From NCBI GenBank assembly GCA_049697115.1, contig JBAVVD010000060.1, positions 3,301 to 67,300 on the forward strand: a stretch of 64,000 nucleotides of DNA, given 5' to 3'. Of this stretch, positions 1 to 9,359 are shown in pieces; the stretch's first letter is position 1; every line of letters starts with the position of its first letter. This DNA comes from Candidatus Aminicenantales bacterium (GTDB taxonomy: Bacteria; Acidobacteriota; Aminicenantia; Aminicenantales; UBA4085). Made by a program: the position numbers and the translations under genes. The notes beneath the pieces were generated by a model. That model was not told where the DNA came from, ran no database searches, and saw nothing but the letters and a program-made list of their open reading frames with translations.

Positions 1-654
1 GTGAAAGCCTTTACGAAAAAGCCGGGGAACCTGGATCAAAAACTGCAGCAGCCCGCCCACGACAACGCCTAGGGCCATCCCGTAGATGGGGTCGATTCCG
101 CGTCCGGTCAGATAAGCGAAGAGCGCAATCGGCGTGAGAATGGAAAATAAATTAAAAAAAGACGGGGCAACTGAAGGGACGAAAAATTCGCCCTCGGTGT
201 TGAGAAATGACATCGCCCAGGCCGCCAGCGCGATAAAAAGCAGAAAAGGAAAGATGACGGCCGTCAGGCGGCCGGTGAGCTCCACTTTTCCAGGGATGCT
301 GCCAAAGCCGAAAGCAATGGCCCTGGCCAGAAAAGGGGATAAAAAAATGCCGGCCGCAGTAATGACGCCCACCACAATCAGGAGGGTGTTCAATATATTG
401 GAAGCAAAGAGGTTCTCCGCCTCTTTACTTCTGCTCTTCTCAGCGGTGAGGACAGGAACAAAGGCGGAGGAAAGTGCGTTTTCGGCAAAGAGGTCACGGA
501 GGAGGTTGGGAATACGGAAGGCGGCGTTAAAAGCGTCGGTGGAGCGTCCGGCGCCGAAGAGGGACGCGAAAACCGCTTCGCGGATAAGGCCCATGATTCG
601 GCTGATGGCCGTTCCGATGGTGAACGCCCTGACCCCTCGAGCAATGTCCGTCAT
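1..654 (-). CDS. murJ: Lipid II flippase MurJ (MviN), N-terminal part; gene continues beyond window start
   Basis: Reverse-strand translation from ATG at 654 reads MTDIARGVRAFTIGTAISRIMGLIREAVFASLFGAGRSTDAFNAAFRIPNLLRDLF..., a classic MurJ N-terminus. It is absent from the ORF track because it runs off the window edge. The listed +ORF 134-757 is its antisense shadow. Confidence 0.85.
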   Translation of the reverse strand, partial: MTDIARGVRAFTIGTAISRIMGLIREAVFASLFGAGRSTDAFNAAFRIPNLLRDLFAENALSSAFVPVLTAEKSRSKEAENLFASNILNTLLIVVGVITAAGIFLSPFLARAIAFGFGSIPGKVELTGRLTAVIFPFLLFIALAAWAMSFLNTEGEFFVPSVAPSFFNLFSILTPIALFAYLTGRGIDPIYGMALGVVVGGLLQFLIQVPRLFRKGFH

Positions 655-734
655 ATTTTTTTTATTCTATTGGCTCAGCGTCATAAATTCCAAATCCCGG
701 ACTTCTCAGAGAACTCTTCTCTCTCTTCCATGGG

Positions 735-1553
735 CTATTTTGTCTTTAATTGCTTGACCCTGCCCGCAATCCTTTTTCGAATTTTTTTATAGGAAGGAGG
801 AGGCCCTGTTCTCACCTGCTTTCCGTTGATAAACAGGCCATCGGCAATGCCCCATTCCAGAAAAGTGCCGCGGTCGAAAGTGTCAATCGCCTGAAATTCG
901 ACCCTGTCCCCGAATTCCGAGGCAGCCCGCCGGGCCCTCTCAAATACCATATTCATGGCCGGGCACCAGCCGTTGACGAAAGCCGTAACAGCCGCTTTGC
1001 CTTCCGTCCTTCCGGGTTTCTTCTTTTCCCGAATCCACTTCGGCGGCACAGCCTCGTCCGTGAACGGCTTCCATAAGAGAATCGCTACTCTGTTCTTATC
1101 CACTCTGGAATACCCCTGCTTTTTGAACCAGGAGGCGCGCATGTAAAAAGGCAGCGCCACTCCCCAGGCCACCATGCCCTTGGCGCCCCTGGCTCTGACG
1201 TCCTCCTCAGCCGCCCGGAGCAGGGCTTTGCCCATCCCCTTTTTCTGTTGATTTCCGACTCCCTTTTTCTTATAACCGTGGACCCAGATGCAGTGGACAA
1301 AATAGAGGTCCTTTCCCTCGGCGAAGGAAATCTCGATCGGGACATACTGGATCATGCCGCAGACTTTCCCGCCGTCGCGCGCCAGTTTCACGCCCAGTCC
1401 CTTGTCTTTCATCCGGTGATACCACCGCTCTTTATGATCCCCGGCTTCTTTGATCTCATCCGACCAGTCTTCCAGACAGAGAAAGTACTGGTTCAGGTAT
1501 TCATCGGTGAGGTCAATAATTTCCACGAATTCCTCCTTTTTTGGAATGGCCAA
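735..1553 (-). CDS. GNAT-family N-acetyltransferase with C-terminal thioredoxin-fold domain (CPAM variant of CxxC); TTG start, true start uncertain
   Basis: 272-aa ORF. The central region resembles a GNAT fold and the C-terminus (FVNGWCPAMNMV...INGKQV) a thioredoxin-like fold whose second Cys is replaced by Met. Confidence 0.5.
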   Translation of the reverse strand: MAIPKKEEFVEIIDLTDEYLNQYFLCLEDWSDEIKEAGDHKERWYHRMKDKGLGVKLARDGGKVCGMIQYVPIEISFAEGKDLYFVHCIWVHGYKKKGVGNQQKKGMGKALLRAAEEDVRARGAKGMVAWGVALPFYMRASWFKKQGYSRVDKNRVAILLWKPFTDEAVPPKWIREKKKPGRTEGKAAVTAFVNGWCPAMNMVFERARRAASEFGDRVEFQAIDTFDRGTFLEWGIADGLFINGKQVRTGPPPSYKKIRKRIAGRVKQLKTK

Positions 1554-1775
1554 TCATTCCCATAGAAACAGAAACGCCGTCATCGTATTATTCTATTACG
1601 TTCACCTGAAAAAAATAAGATACCACTCCGGGAGAATAAATAAAATTGAAATAATTCAAGGAATTTGGAAGACATACCGATTGACCTGAAATCCGGACTG
1701 GAATATAAACAAGAGAGGATGTTCGGAAAATCGCGAATGAGCGACCGAATCCATTCTCAATGAAAAGGAGGACGC

Positions 1776-2369
1776 ATGGATCGAAGGATATTTTTTAAGT
1801 CCGCTCTGGCCGGTGGAGGCGCTGTGCTTTTGGCCTCCAGAGCCTATCCGCTTAAATTCTATCCCAATCCGGGCAAACACAAATGGGCCGTTCTCTACGG
1901 AACCCGCTATGGCAGCAACAGAGATGCCGCTGTCTGGATCTCCGAAGGAATGGGGGCTATCGCCGATGTCTTTGATGCCAGGGAAAATCCCGACCTTTCC
2001 TCTTGCGAATTTCTGGTCATCGGCTCCGGTATCTACAATGGAAAAATCGCCCCTCCCCTGGAAGAGTATATCCGGAAAAATCTCACCGCAATCTCGAAAA
2101 AAGTCAAAACTGTGTTTACCGTGTGCGGGGCAGGAGGTTCAGATTACGGCAATTCGTACCTTGACCAGATCGCACAGATCTGCGAGGCCACGCCCCTGCT
2201 CAAAAAGTCATTCCCCGGCCGGCAGACCAAGAAACTGCTGAGCGCGGAGGACTTCAAGGTCCTGGAAAATTACTATCAAAGAACAAACCAGCCATTTGAA
2301 GACTATGATAGAGTCCAGAGAAAAGATTTTCTGCAGTTCGGTGAAGACATATTAAAGAAATCCATATAA
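1776..2369 (+). CDS. Flavodoxin-like domain protein with Tat-like signal (RRIFFKSALAGGGA)
   Basis: 197 aa with the SD aaaaggagga upstream. Twin-arginine-like N-terminus followed by a flavodoxin-fold-like region (VIGSGIYNGK...TVCGAGG). Confidence 0.5.
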   Translation: MDRRIFFKSALAGGGAVLLASRAYPLKFYPNPGKHKWAVLYGTRYGSNRDAAVWISEGMGAIADVFDARENPDLSSCEFLVIGSGIYNGKIAPPLEEYIRKNLTAISKKVKTVFTVCGAGGSDYGNSYLDQIAQICEATPLLKKSFPGRQTKKLLSAEDFKVLENYYQRTNQPFEDYDRVQRKDFLQFGEDILKKSI

Positions 2370-2398
2370 AAAATTTTCCATCGTTCCAGGCTCAGTTG

Positions 2399-3631
2399 AT
2401 GAATTCCAGGGAAAGAATACTCGCCGCTCTTAACCATCAGGAGCCAGACCGGATTCCCATCGATTTCTCCGGACACCGCTCATCGGGCATCTCGGCTGTT
2501 CTCTATCCCAAACTGAGGGCACTTCTCGGCCTGCCCGAACGGCCGGTGCGCGTCTACGACCCTGTCCAGCAAATGGCCGTAGTGGACGCGGATGTGCTGG
2601 ACCGGTTCGGAGTCGACACCATCGAACTGGGACGCGGCTTTGCACTCCGGGAGGAAGACTGGGCCGAGTGGGTTCTTCCTGACCGGACGCCCTGTCTCAT
2701 GCCGGCATGGGCGCTTCCGGAGCGGCAGGAAGGACAATGGGTGATCCGCTCCGGAACCGGCCGGACGATCGCCCGGATGCCCGACGGTGCGTTCTTCTTC
2801 GAACAAACTTACTATCCATTCTCCGCAAAGGATGACCTGACGGCCATTCCCGAAGCCATGAACGAATGCATGTGGTGCGCGGCGGCCCCACCGCCCGGCT
2901 CTCTTGTCCAGGGGCCGGATGGAGACAAAATTCTTGCCGAAGGAGCGCGGCGGCTCAGAGAGTCCACGGACCGCGCTGTTCTTGGACTTTTCGGCGGCAG
3001 CCTGCTGGAGACCGGACAGTTCCTCTACGGCAATGAGAAATTCTTCATGCGGCTAGCCGCCGAGCCGAAAAAGGCGCACGCTTTCCTGGACCGTCTGATG
3101 GAGATTCACCTGGAGAATCTGGAGCGCTTCCTCGGCGCCGCGGGAAAATACATCGACATCATTGTCTTCGGCGATGACCTGGGCATGCAGACCGGCCCCC
3201 AGATATCGCCGGCCATGTACAGGGAGTTTTTCAAGCCCAGGCACAAAATCCTGTGGGAACAGGCTAAAAAATTGGCCGGCATCAAGGTCATGCTCCACTG
3301 CTGCGGCGGCGTTCGCGAGCTCCTGCCCGACTTCATTGAAGCGGGGCTGGACGCCATCAATCCCGTTCAGATTTCCGCCCGCGGTATGGATCCTGGAGAA
3401 CTCAAAGCCGAATTCGGCAGGGACCTCACCTTCTGGGGCGGCGGATGCGACACCCAGCACATGCTGCCCGAACGGTCGCCCGAGGACGTGAGGAAACACG
3501 TCAGGGATTTGCTTCAGATCTGGCGACCCGGCGGAGGATTCGTTTTCCAGCAGGTGCACAACATCCTGCCCAATGTGCCTCCGGCCAATGTGGCCGCCAT
3601 GTTTGAGGCGGTGAATTCGGATAATCCATAA
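2399..3631 (+). CDS. Uroporphyrinogen decarboxylase (URO-D)-family protein (methyltransferase/decarboxylase superfamily)
   Basis: ORF translation shows URO-D family hallmarks (IPIDFSGH..., FGDDLGMQTGPQISP, MLHCCGG). ATG at 2399, one codon after the TTG used in the track. Confidence 0.6.
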   Translation: MNSRERILAALNHQEPDRIPIDFSGHRSSGISAVLYPKLRALLGLPERPVRVYDPVQQMAVVDADVLDRFGVDTIELGRGFALREEDWAEWVLPDRTPCLMPAWALPERQEGQWVIRSGTGRTIARMPDGAFFFEQTYYPFSAKDDLTAIPEAMNECMWCAAAPPPGSLVQGPDGDKILAEGARRLRESTDRAVLGLFGGSLLETGQFLYGNEKFFMRLAAEPKKAHAFLDRLMEIHLENLERFLGAAGKYIDIIVFGDDLGMQTGPQISPAMYREFFKPRHKILWEQAKKLAGIKVMLHCCGGVRELLPDFIEAGLDAINPVQISARGMDPGELKAEFGRDLTFWGGGCDTQHMLPERSPEDVRKHVRDLLQIWRPGGGFVFQQVHNILPNVPPANVAAMFEAVNSDNP

Positions 3632-3641
3632 ACGCATATCC

Positions 3642-5372
3642 ATGCATATCATTGACTTCGGCTTTATCACCCTCTACCTGGCGGTTGTCCTGGGGCTCGG
3701 ATTCTGGTACCAGAAGAAAGCTTCAAGGGACCTCGAATCCTATTTTCTCGGCGGCAAGCGGCTGCACTGGCTGGCTCTCGCCATGTCCGGCTCGGTCTCC
3801 AATTTTGATATCACCGGCACCATGTGGATCGTGTCCATGCTCTTTATCCTGGGCATGAAATCCATGTGGATCCACTGGATGTGGGGATTCCTCATGGGCG
3901 CCTTTTTCCTGGCTTATATGGGAAAATGGGTGCGCCGCTCCAATGTCATGACCGGAGCGGAATGGATGGTGACACGGTTCGGCGATGACCGCGGCGGCCG
4001 AACGGCCCGCACGGCCTATGCCTTGATGGCCGTGCTCACTCAAGCCAGCTTCATCGGCTATGCGTTTCAGGGAATCGGAAAGTTCGTCTCGGTATATCTC
4101 CATCTCCCCTCGACTTTTTGCGCCCTGCTCATCATCGGCATCACAACCATCTATGTGATCCTGGGCGGACTGTACAGCGTAGTGGTCACGGATGTCCTGC
4201 AGACCGTGATTTTAACCATGGCCAGTATTGTCATCGCCGTCCTCTCCTACCGGCTTGTGAATCCTGAGATTCTCGGCCGCCTCCTGCCCGATGGATGGTT
4301 TTCTCTTGTTCCTTCCTGGCGCCTGGAGAATCTGGCGGGAACTGAGAACGCTCCCTATGAGCTATTCGGCGCCCTGGTCATGGTCTGGGTTTTGAAAGGC
4401 CTTCTTCTCAATGCCGGCGGGCCGGCCCAGATGTATGATTTTCAGCGCTTCCTCGCCGCCCGGAATGCCAGAGACGCCGCCAGGACAGGCGCCGCCTGGA
4501 GCTTTTTCCTCATCGTGCGTTGGGCGATGTGCATGGGCCTTGTGCTCCTGGCCCTGTCAGGAATTGCCAATGTCCAGGACCCCAAGAAAGTGATGCCCCT
4601 GGTCCTTCAGAAGTTCCTCCCGGTCGGCCTTCGCGGCCTGGTCATTGCCGGCCTTCTGTCCGCGTTCATGTCCACGTTCAGCTCCACGGTGAACAGCGGC
4701 GCCTCTTATATCGTCCGTGATTTCTGGCAGGCCTTATTCCGGCCTCAGGCCAGCCAGCGGCAACTGGTCAGAGCGGGCTATGCGGCCACAGTGGGGATTG
4801 TCCTTTTCGGCATCCTCATCGGTTTTCAGGCCCGCTCCATTCATCAGATCTGGAACTGGATGATGATGGCCCTGGGCGCAGGTGTGGTCATGCCCAATGT
4901 CCTCCGCTGGTATTGGTGGCGGCTCAACGGCTGGGGGTATGCGGCCGGAACAGCGGCCGGAATCCTGGGCTCAATTCTGGTCCTTTTCATGCCCGAATCC
5001 CCAATGTTTGTCACCTTTCCTCCGATCGTGGCCGCCTCTCTGGCCGTAAGCATCATTGTCTCTCTGATGACTCCCGCCGTCAAAGACACGGTGCTGGTTT
5101 CATTTTTTCAGACCGTCAGGCCGTTCGGTTTGTGGCGCTCCGTTAAAAAAACGGCCGTCATTGCCGGCGCGGCTCCGCTGCCCGCGACAGAACGGCCGCG
5201 GAGAATTCTCCTGAATACCGGACTGGGGATGGCCGCTGTCGCGGCGGCGTACCTTTTTCCGATGTTCCTGGTGGCGCACCGCCACCGTCAGGCGCTCATC
5301 TGGCTGGCTGTGGCCGCGGCCGCCATCACACTTTTATGGCGCACATGGTTCAGGCCGCTGCAGAAGGAGTGA
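3642..5372 (+). CDS. Sodium:solute symporter family (SSF) transporter
   Basis: 576 aa with many TM helices and an N-terminus typical of SSF transporters (YFLGGKRLHWLALAMSGSVSNFDITGTMW). Confidence 0.75.
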   Translation: MHIIDFGFITLYLAVVLGLGFWYQKKASRDLESYFLGGKRLHWLALAMSGSVSNFDITGTMWIVSMLFILGMKSMWIHWMWGFLMGAFFLAYMGKWVRRSNVMTGAEWMVTRFGDDRGGRTARTAYALMAVLTQASFIGYAFQGIGKFVSVYLHLPSTFCALLIIGITTIYVILGGLYSVVVTDVLQTVILTMASIVIAVLSYRLVNPEILGRLLPDGWFSLVPSWRLENLAGTENAPYELFGALVMVWVLKGLLLNAGGPAQMYDFQRFLAARNARDAARTGAAWSFFLIVRWAMCMGLVLLALSGIANVQDPKKVMPLVLQKFLPVGLRGLVIAGLLSAFMSTFSSTVNSGASYIVRDFWQALFRPQASQRQLVRAGYAATVGIVLFGILIGFQARSIHQIWNWMMMALGAGVVMPNVLRWYWWRLNGWGYAAGTAAGILGSILVLFMPESPMFVTFPPIVAASLAVSIIVSLMTPAVKDTVLVSFFQTVRPFGLWRSVKKTAVIAGAAPLPATERPRRILLNTGLGMAAVAAAYLFPMFLVAHRHRQALIWLAVAAAAITLLWRTWFRPLQKE

Positions 5373-5405
5373 AAGCCAGATGTCAAAATTCCCCGGACAA
5401 TGGGA

Positions 5406-5434
5406 TTGACTTTAAATCAGAAAAATCCTACAAT
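5406..5434 (+). promoter_or_regulatory. Sigma70-type promoter TTGACT-17-TACAAT; predicted TSS at or near the leader-peptide ATG (leaderless)
   Basis: Seen directly: ttgact (5406-5411), a 17-nt spacer, tacaat (5429-5434). The ATG at 5441 is 7 nt downstream with no SD. Confidence 0.5.
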
Positions 5435-5440
5435 GCGACC

Positions 5441-5545
5441 ATGCTCCCAGAGACAAATGAAAAGAGAACTTTCATTTGTCTGAATCTCTGCCTTTCATCC
5501 TATTATTTCTATTTCTATTTCGGGCGGTAACGCCCGAACTATATT
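5441..5545 (+). promoter_or_regulatory. Candidate Phe/Tyr leader peptide (MLPETNEKRTFICLNLCLSSYYFYFYFGR) and attenuator hairpins upstream of pheA-tyrA
   Basis: 30-codon ORF ending in TAT TAT TTC TAT TTC TAT TTC GGG CGG TAA. The stop lies in the loop of the GC hairpin cgggcg-gtaa-cgcccg (5521-5536), which is followed by a U-rich aacuauauucuuucc. A perfect 12-bp hairpin, agacaaatgaaa/tttcatttgtct, sits at 5451-5481 inside the ORF. Confidence 0.5.
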
Positions 5546-5602
5546 CTTTCCACCACTGAATTCCTTTTCAAAAATAATTCTTTAAATTTTTACAGGTGAA
5601 CC

Positions 5603-6688
5603 ATGAAAAACATTAACTGGAGGAATATTATGGAACTGAATGATCTCCGCCGGAAAATCGATGAAGTGGACTTCAAAATCTTAAAGCTCTTCAATGAACG
5701 AATGGAATTGGCCATTCAGACAAAAAAGCTGAAACCCGGAATCGAAGATCCTTTGCGGGAGAAAGAGATTCTGCAGAAAGTCGCCCGGCTCAGAACAGAG
5801 CTGCTGAGCCCCAATTTTTTAAATGCTGTTTACGTGCACGTTATTGAGGAAAGCCGCCGCCGGCAGGGAGAGAACCGTCTTCTTGTCGGCTTTCAGGGAG
5901 AGCACGGCGCTTTCAGCGAAGCGGCGGCCAGAAAGTATCTTCCGGACCAGGTTTATATTCCCTTTGCTGAATTCGAAGAGATCTTTCTCTCCGTCGAGCA
6001 AGGGATTCTCGACTTCGGTATCGTGCCGGTTGAAAATTCCCTGGGCGGCGCCGTGACCCAGGTGAACGACCTTCTAATCAAAACCCCGCTCTCGGTCGCC
6101 GGAGAAGTCAATATCCAAATCAGGCACTGCCTGCTGACTTTGCACGGATCGGATCATAAAGAAATCAAAGCCGTTTATTCCCATCCCCAGGCGTTGGCCC
6201 AGTGCAAATCATTCATCCTTCGGAATAAGCTCGAGGGAAGGCCTTATTACGACACGGCCGGGGCGGCCAAAATGCTGGCCATTGAAAGACCCCGGGCGGC
6301 AGCCGCAATCGCCAGTGAGCTCTGCGCCGGATTGTATCATCTGGAAGTCATCAAGGCGGGCATCGAGGACAATCCGAGGAACCTGACAAGATTTCTCATA
6401 CTGGGCAAAGAGCCCGCCAAAGAAGGAAACAAGTGCTCGCTCGTTTTCTCTGCTCCCCATAAAGTGGGAGCGCTCTTCCATGTCCTCAAAATCTTTACGG
6501 AAGCAGGGATTAACCTGACGCGTATCGAGTCAGTTCCCATCGTGGGGAAGGACATTCATTATGCCTTTTTTACGGACTTCCAGGGCTCTGACAGGGAACC
6601 GGTTGTGAAGGAAACCCTGGAGAGGGTGAAACAACAGTCTCTGACGTATAAATTTCTCGGCTGCTACACAGAGGAAAAAATCCAATGA
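5603..6688 (+). CDS. pheA: Bifunctional chorismate mutase / prephenate dehydratase (with ACT domain)
   Basis: CM motif (LRRKIDEVDFKILKLFNERMELAIQTKKLK), PDT domain (LVGFQGEHGAFSEAAARKY...VPVENSLGG) and a C-terminal ACT domain. SD aggtga upstream. Confidence 0.9.
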   Translation: MKNINWRNIMELNDLRRKIDEVDFKILKLFNERMELAIQTKKLKPGIEDPLREKEILQKVARLRTELLSPNFLNAVYVHVIEESRRRQGENRLLVGFQGEHGAFSEAAARKYLPDQVYIPFAEFEEIFLSVEQGILDFGIVPVENSLGGAVTQVNDLLIKTPLSVAGEVNIQIRHCLLTLHGSDHKEIKAVYSHPQALAQCKSFILRNKLEGRPYYDTAGAAKMLAIERPRAAAAIASELCAGLYHLEVIKAGIEDNPRNLTRFLILGKEPAKEGNKCSLVFSAPHKVGALFHVLKIFTEAGINLTRIESVPIVGKDIHYAFFTDFQGSDREPVVKETLERVKQQSLTYKFLGCYTEEKIQ

Positions 6689-7458
6689 AAATCGTTGTGC
6701 TGGGATTCGGTCATATGGGCTCCTGGATCGCCGTGGAGCTGGCCAAACGGCATGATGTTTTTATATACGACATCGATAAAAGAAAAACGAAACGCGTTAA
6801 AAACCTCGGCGTCATCCGGGCCAAAAAAGAAATCCTCCATCTTTCCCCAGGGATTCTGGTCAACGCCGTCAGCCTCCCGAACACCGTCCAGGCTTTCAAA
6901 TCCGTGGCCCGATTTTTACCCGGGGACTGTCTGCTCTGCGACCTGGCCTCGGTCAAAGGCCGGATTGCGGATTACTATCAGGCCTGTCCTTTCAAATTCT
7001 TTTCCGCCCATCCCATGTTCGGCCCCACCTTTGCCAATGTCGAATCTCTCCGGGATGAAAACGTCATCCTCATCAGGGAATCTCATCCGGAGGGCACGGC
7101 CTTCTTTCAACCTTTTTTCCAATCTTTCGGACTTAAAATCCACATCGCCACATTTGCGGAGCATGACCGGATGACTGCCTATTCCCTGACGCTCCCCTTT
7201 GTTTTCTCTCTCGCTTTTGCCGCCTGTCTGGATCAGAAACCGGTCCCCGGAACGACTTTCAAGAAGCAAATGGCGATTGCCAAAGGACTGCTGGCTGAAG
7301 ACGATGGCCTGCTTTCCGAGATTCTCTTCAATCCCCACTCTCTGCCCCAGGTGGAACAGGTGACCCGCCGGCTTGAATTCTTGAAACACATCATCAAGGC
7401 CAGAGACTTCGAAGAAGCCCGAAAGTTTTTCGACAGATTGAGGGAGAATATCCAGTAA
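6685..7458 (+). CDS. tyrA: Prephenate dehydrogenase
   Basis: NAD-binding N-terminus MKIVVLGFGHMGSWIA and a PDH catalytic region (SAHPMFGP). ATGA overlap with the pheA stop implies an operon. Confidence 0.85.
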   Translation: MKIVVLGFGHMGSWIAVELAKRHDVFIYDIDKRKTKRVKNLGVIRAKKEILHLSPGILVNAVSLPNTVQAFKSVARFLPGDCLLCDLASVKGRIADYYQACPFKFFSAHPMFGPTFANVESLRDENVILIRESHPEGTAFFQPFFQSFGLKIHIATFAEHDRMTAYSLTLPFVFSLAFAACLDQKPVPGTTFKKQMAIAKGLLAEDDGLLSEILFNPHSLPQVEQVTRRLEFLKHIIKARDFEEARKFFDRLRENIQ

Positions 7459-7461
7459 CCG

Positions 7462-8670
7462 TTAAATGATGACCAGATGGCCGTCGGCTTCCGCCGCTTT
7501 AAGACGGCCGATTTCCGCACATTCACTGCCCCTGACCGTGCTCAGGTGAACCCATTGCCTTGCCCGCGTGACCCCCACAAAAAGCATCCGCTCCCGCGCT
7601 TCTCCCTTGACCGGAGAAAACGAACTCTCGGTCAGCCGCGGCAGGAAAACGCTGTCAAAGGTCAGCCCTTTGGCTGTCTGGTAGGTCATTATCTTGGGGA
7701 TATCATTCTCTAAATCGTACGGTCCGTGGAGCACATTCTGGGCATCGCTCTCTATCACCTTCTCAATTTCCACTCCCCTCTCCTTCAGGTCTTTCGCAAA
7801 TTCATGGAGGAGGCGGTTGGAGGAAACGACAATGCCGACATTCTCATTCAGGGACTGCCTCATGTGCACGGTGGCGGCTAACTGGTCCAGCTCCGCCTCC
7901 TCGGACGGAGCCACATAGAACAGAGGCATCTTTTTCTCTTGACCCGGGACCGCGATTTGTGCCAGAAATTTACGGCGACTGTCCTCCTCCGATAAAAAAT
8001 AGGAGGCCAGTTGGGCCACGGGCGGAGCATTCCTGTAGATTCCAGAAAGCCTGTCTTTTCTCATTTTCCGCTTGAGCGTTTCCAGAAGAAAAGTCTCTGA
8101 AGTTTTATTTTCGATGAGTTTCTGCTGGAAGTCGGCAAACACGGTCAGATGTTTGGCTGCCCGCTGGAGAATCTCGAAGACATCCGGGCTTAAATCCTGC
8201 CCGTCATCGACAAGGGCGAATTCCAGAATGTTCCGGAGGTCTTCTCTGTCTTCGAGCGCCTGCAAAACCTCTGAACGGATTATCGGGTAGTCGAGCCGCA
8301 AATTCACATAGATTCTGGGCAGATTTCTGGATATGTGCTCTTCATAGAATAACCGGCACCAGTGGTCAATTGTGGTCACGGACTCTTCCGGAAGTCCCAG
8401 AAGACGGATGCCGGACTTAATCGACTCACCGGCCATCTCATTGAAGACAAACAGCCGGTATCGGCTGGGAAGAGCGCCGGACGTTCCGGCAAGATAAGCC
8501 CCCCGGTGAAGGAATGTCTGTGTTTTTCCGGAGCCCGCCGGCCCAAGGATCATACAGTGCCGGTCCGCGGGCATCTCCACGATTTTCAACTGCTCCGGCG
8601 AAAGAGAGGAACGGGCCTTCAGCCGGGATTCTTGTCGGGCGCCCGTTTCGAAAATATTCGGCTTATTCAT
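7462..8670 (-). CDS. Compact UvrD/Rep-like superfamily-1 helicase/ATPase (402 aa)
   Basis: Walker A GPAGSGKT, motif II LVDDGQDL, UvrD_C-like motif V/VI (TYQTAKGLTFDSVFLP, LFVGVTRAR). It has no accessory 1B/2B domains and is much shorter than housekeeping UvrD/PcrA. Confidence 0.65.
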   Translation of the reverse strand: MNKPNIFETGARQESRLKARSSLSPEQLKIVEMPADRHCMILGPAGSGKTQTFLHRGAYLAGTSGALPSRYRLFVFNEMAGESIKSGIRLLGLPEESVTTIDHWCRLFYEEHISRNLPRIYVNLRLDYPIIRSEVLQALEDREDLRNILEFALVDDGQDLSPDVFEILQRAAKHLTVFADFQQKLIENKTSETFLLETLKRKMRKDRLSGIYRNAPPVAQLASYFLSEEDSRRKFLAQIAVPGQEKKMPLFYVAPSEEAELDQLAATVHMRQSLNENVGIVVSSNRLLHEFAKDLKERGVEIEKVIESDAQNVLHGPYDLENDIPKIMTYQTAKGLTFDSVFLPRLTESSFSPVKGEARERMLFVGVTRARQWVHLSTVRGSECAEIGRLKAAEADGHLVII

Positions 8671-8774
8671 CCTCGGGATTTCGACGAACCATCATATCAG
8701 CCCTTCCGGTCAGCTTCAAGAGGACGAGTTCTCTGGGAACCTCTTGTTCTTTGTCCGGGCCTTTTTTCCGGATT

Positions 8775-9299
8775 TTAAATGATTCCGTGCGTCCGCTTCC
8801 ACTCCGCAAATGCTCTGTCTGCGTGTTCCAAAAATTGATCGCGCCGGTTCGGAGAGACTCTGATCTTCATTCTTTTTTTTCGGAGAATTTCTATCTGGCT
8901 TCCGTACGAAGTGATACAGCTGTATCCATACCAGACAATGATTCCTCTGGCCGCCCGCACCGATCGGAGCGTCTCAAATGGAATATTCCAGGAAAAAGCC
9001 CCGAACGTTATCTTGATCCCTTTCTGAAAAACGGAAATCTTACGCGGCAGAAAAAACCAGTAGACGGCCAGAACCAGGACAATCGAAGCGGCAAAGACGA
9101 CGGCCGCCAGGCCGGACTCCTTTCCAGGCTCTCGGGGAAAGATATCCGAGTAATAGGCATCGATGGCAAATAAAATCCCCAGGACCACGAGCAGAACAAA
9201 AGGAATCCCAAGCGCCAGCTTCACCCAGGGATCATATTTGATTCTGTCTTCAAAGAGAATCATGTCCATATCCGGTTCACTCCTTTGAAAATCCGGCAA
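8775..9299 (-). CDS. Membrane protein with bacterial PH (bPH_2/YdbS-YdbT-like) domain; TTG start
   Basis: Two N-terminal TM helices followed by a PH-like beta-rich domain. Co-oriented with the helicase 104 bp downstream. Confidence 0.55.
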   Translation of the reverse strand: MPDFQRSEPDMDMILFEDRIKYDPWVKLALGIPFVLLVVLGILFAIDAYYSDIFPREPGKESGLAAVVFAASIVLVLAVYWFFLPRKISVFQKGIKITFGAFSWNIPFETLRSVRAARGIIVWYGYSCITSYGSQIEILRKKRMKIRVSPNRRDQFLEHADRAFAEWKRTHGII

Positions 9300-9359
9300 A
9301 GAGAGAGATATTTTACTTCATCTCTTTAAGGAATACACTATTACAATAAGCTGCTTCCT

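Noticed and set aside
134-757. 207-aa +ORF
   Set aside because: It lies exactly antisense to the murJ N-terminal coding region, and the minus-strand frame gives a textbook MurJ sequence. Its Ala/Arg/Lys-rich low-complexity composition is typical of GC-rich antisense shadows.
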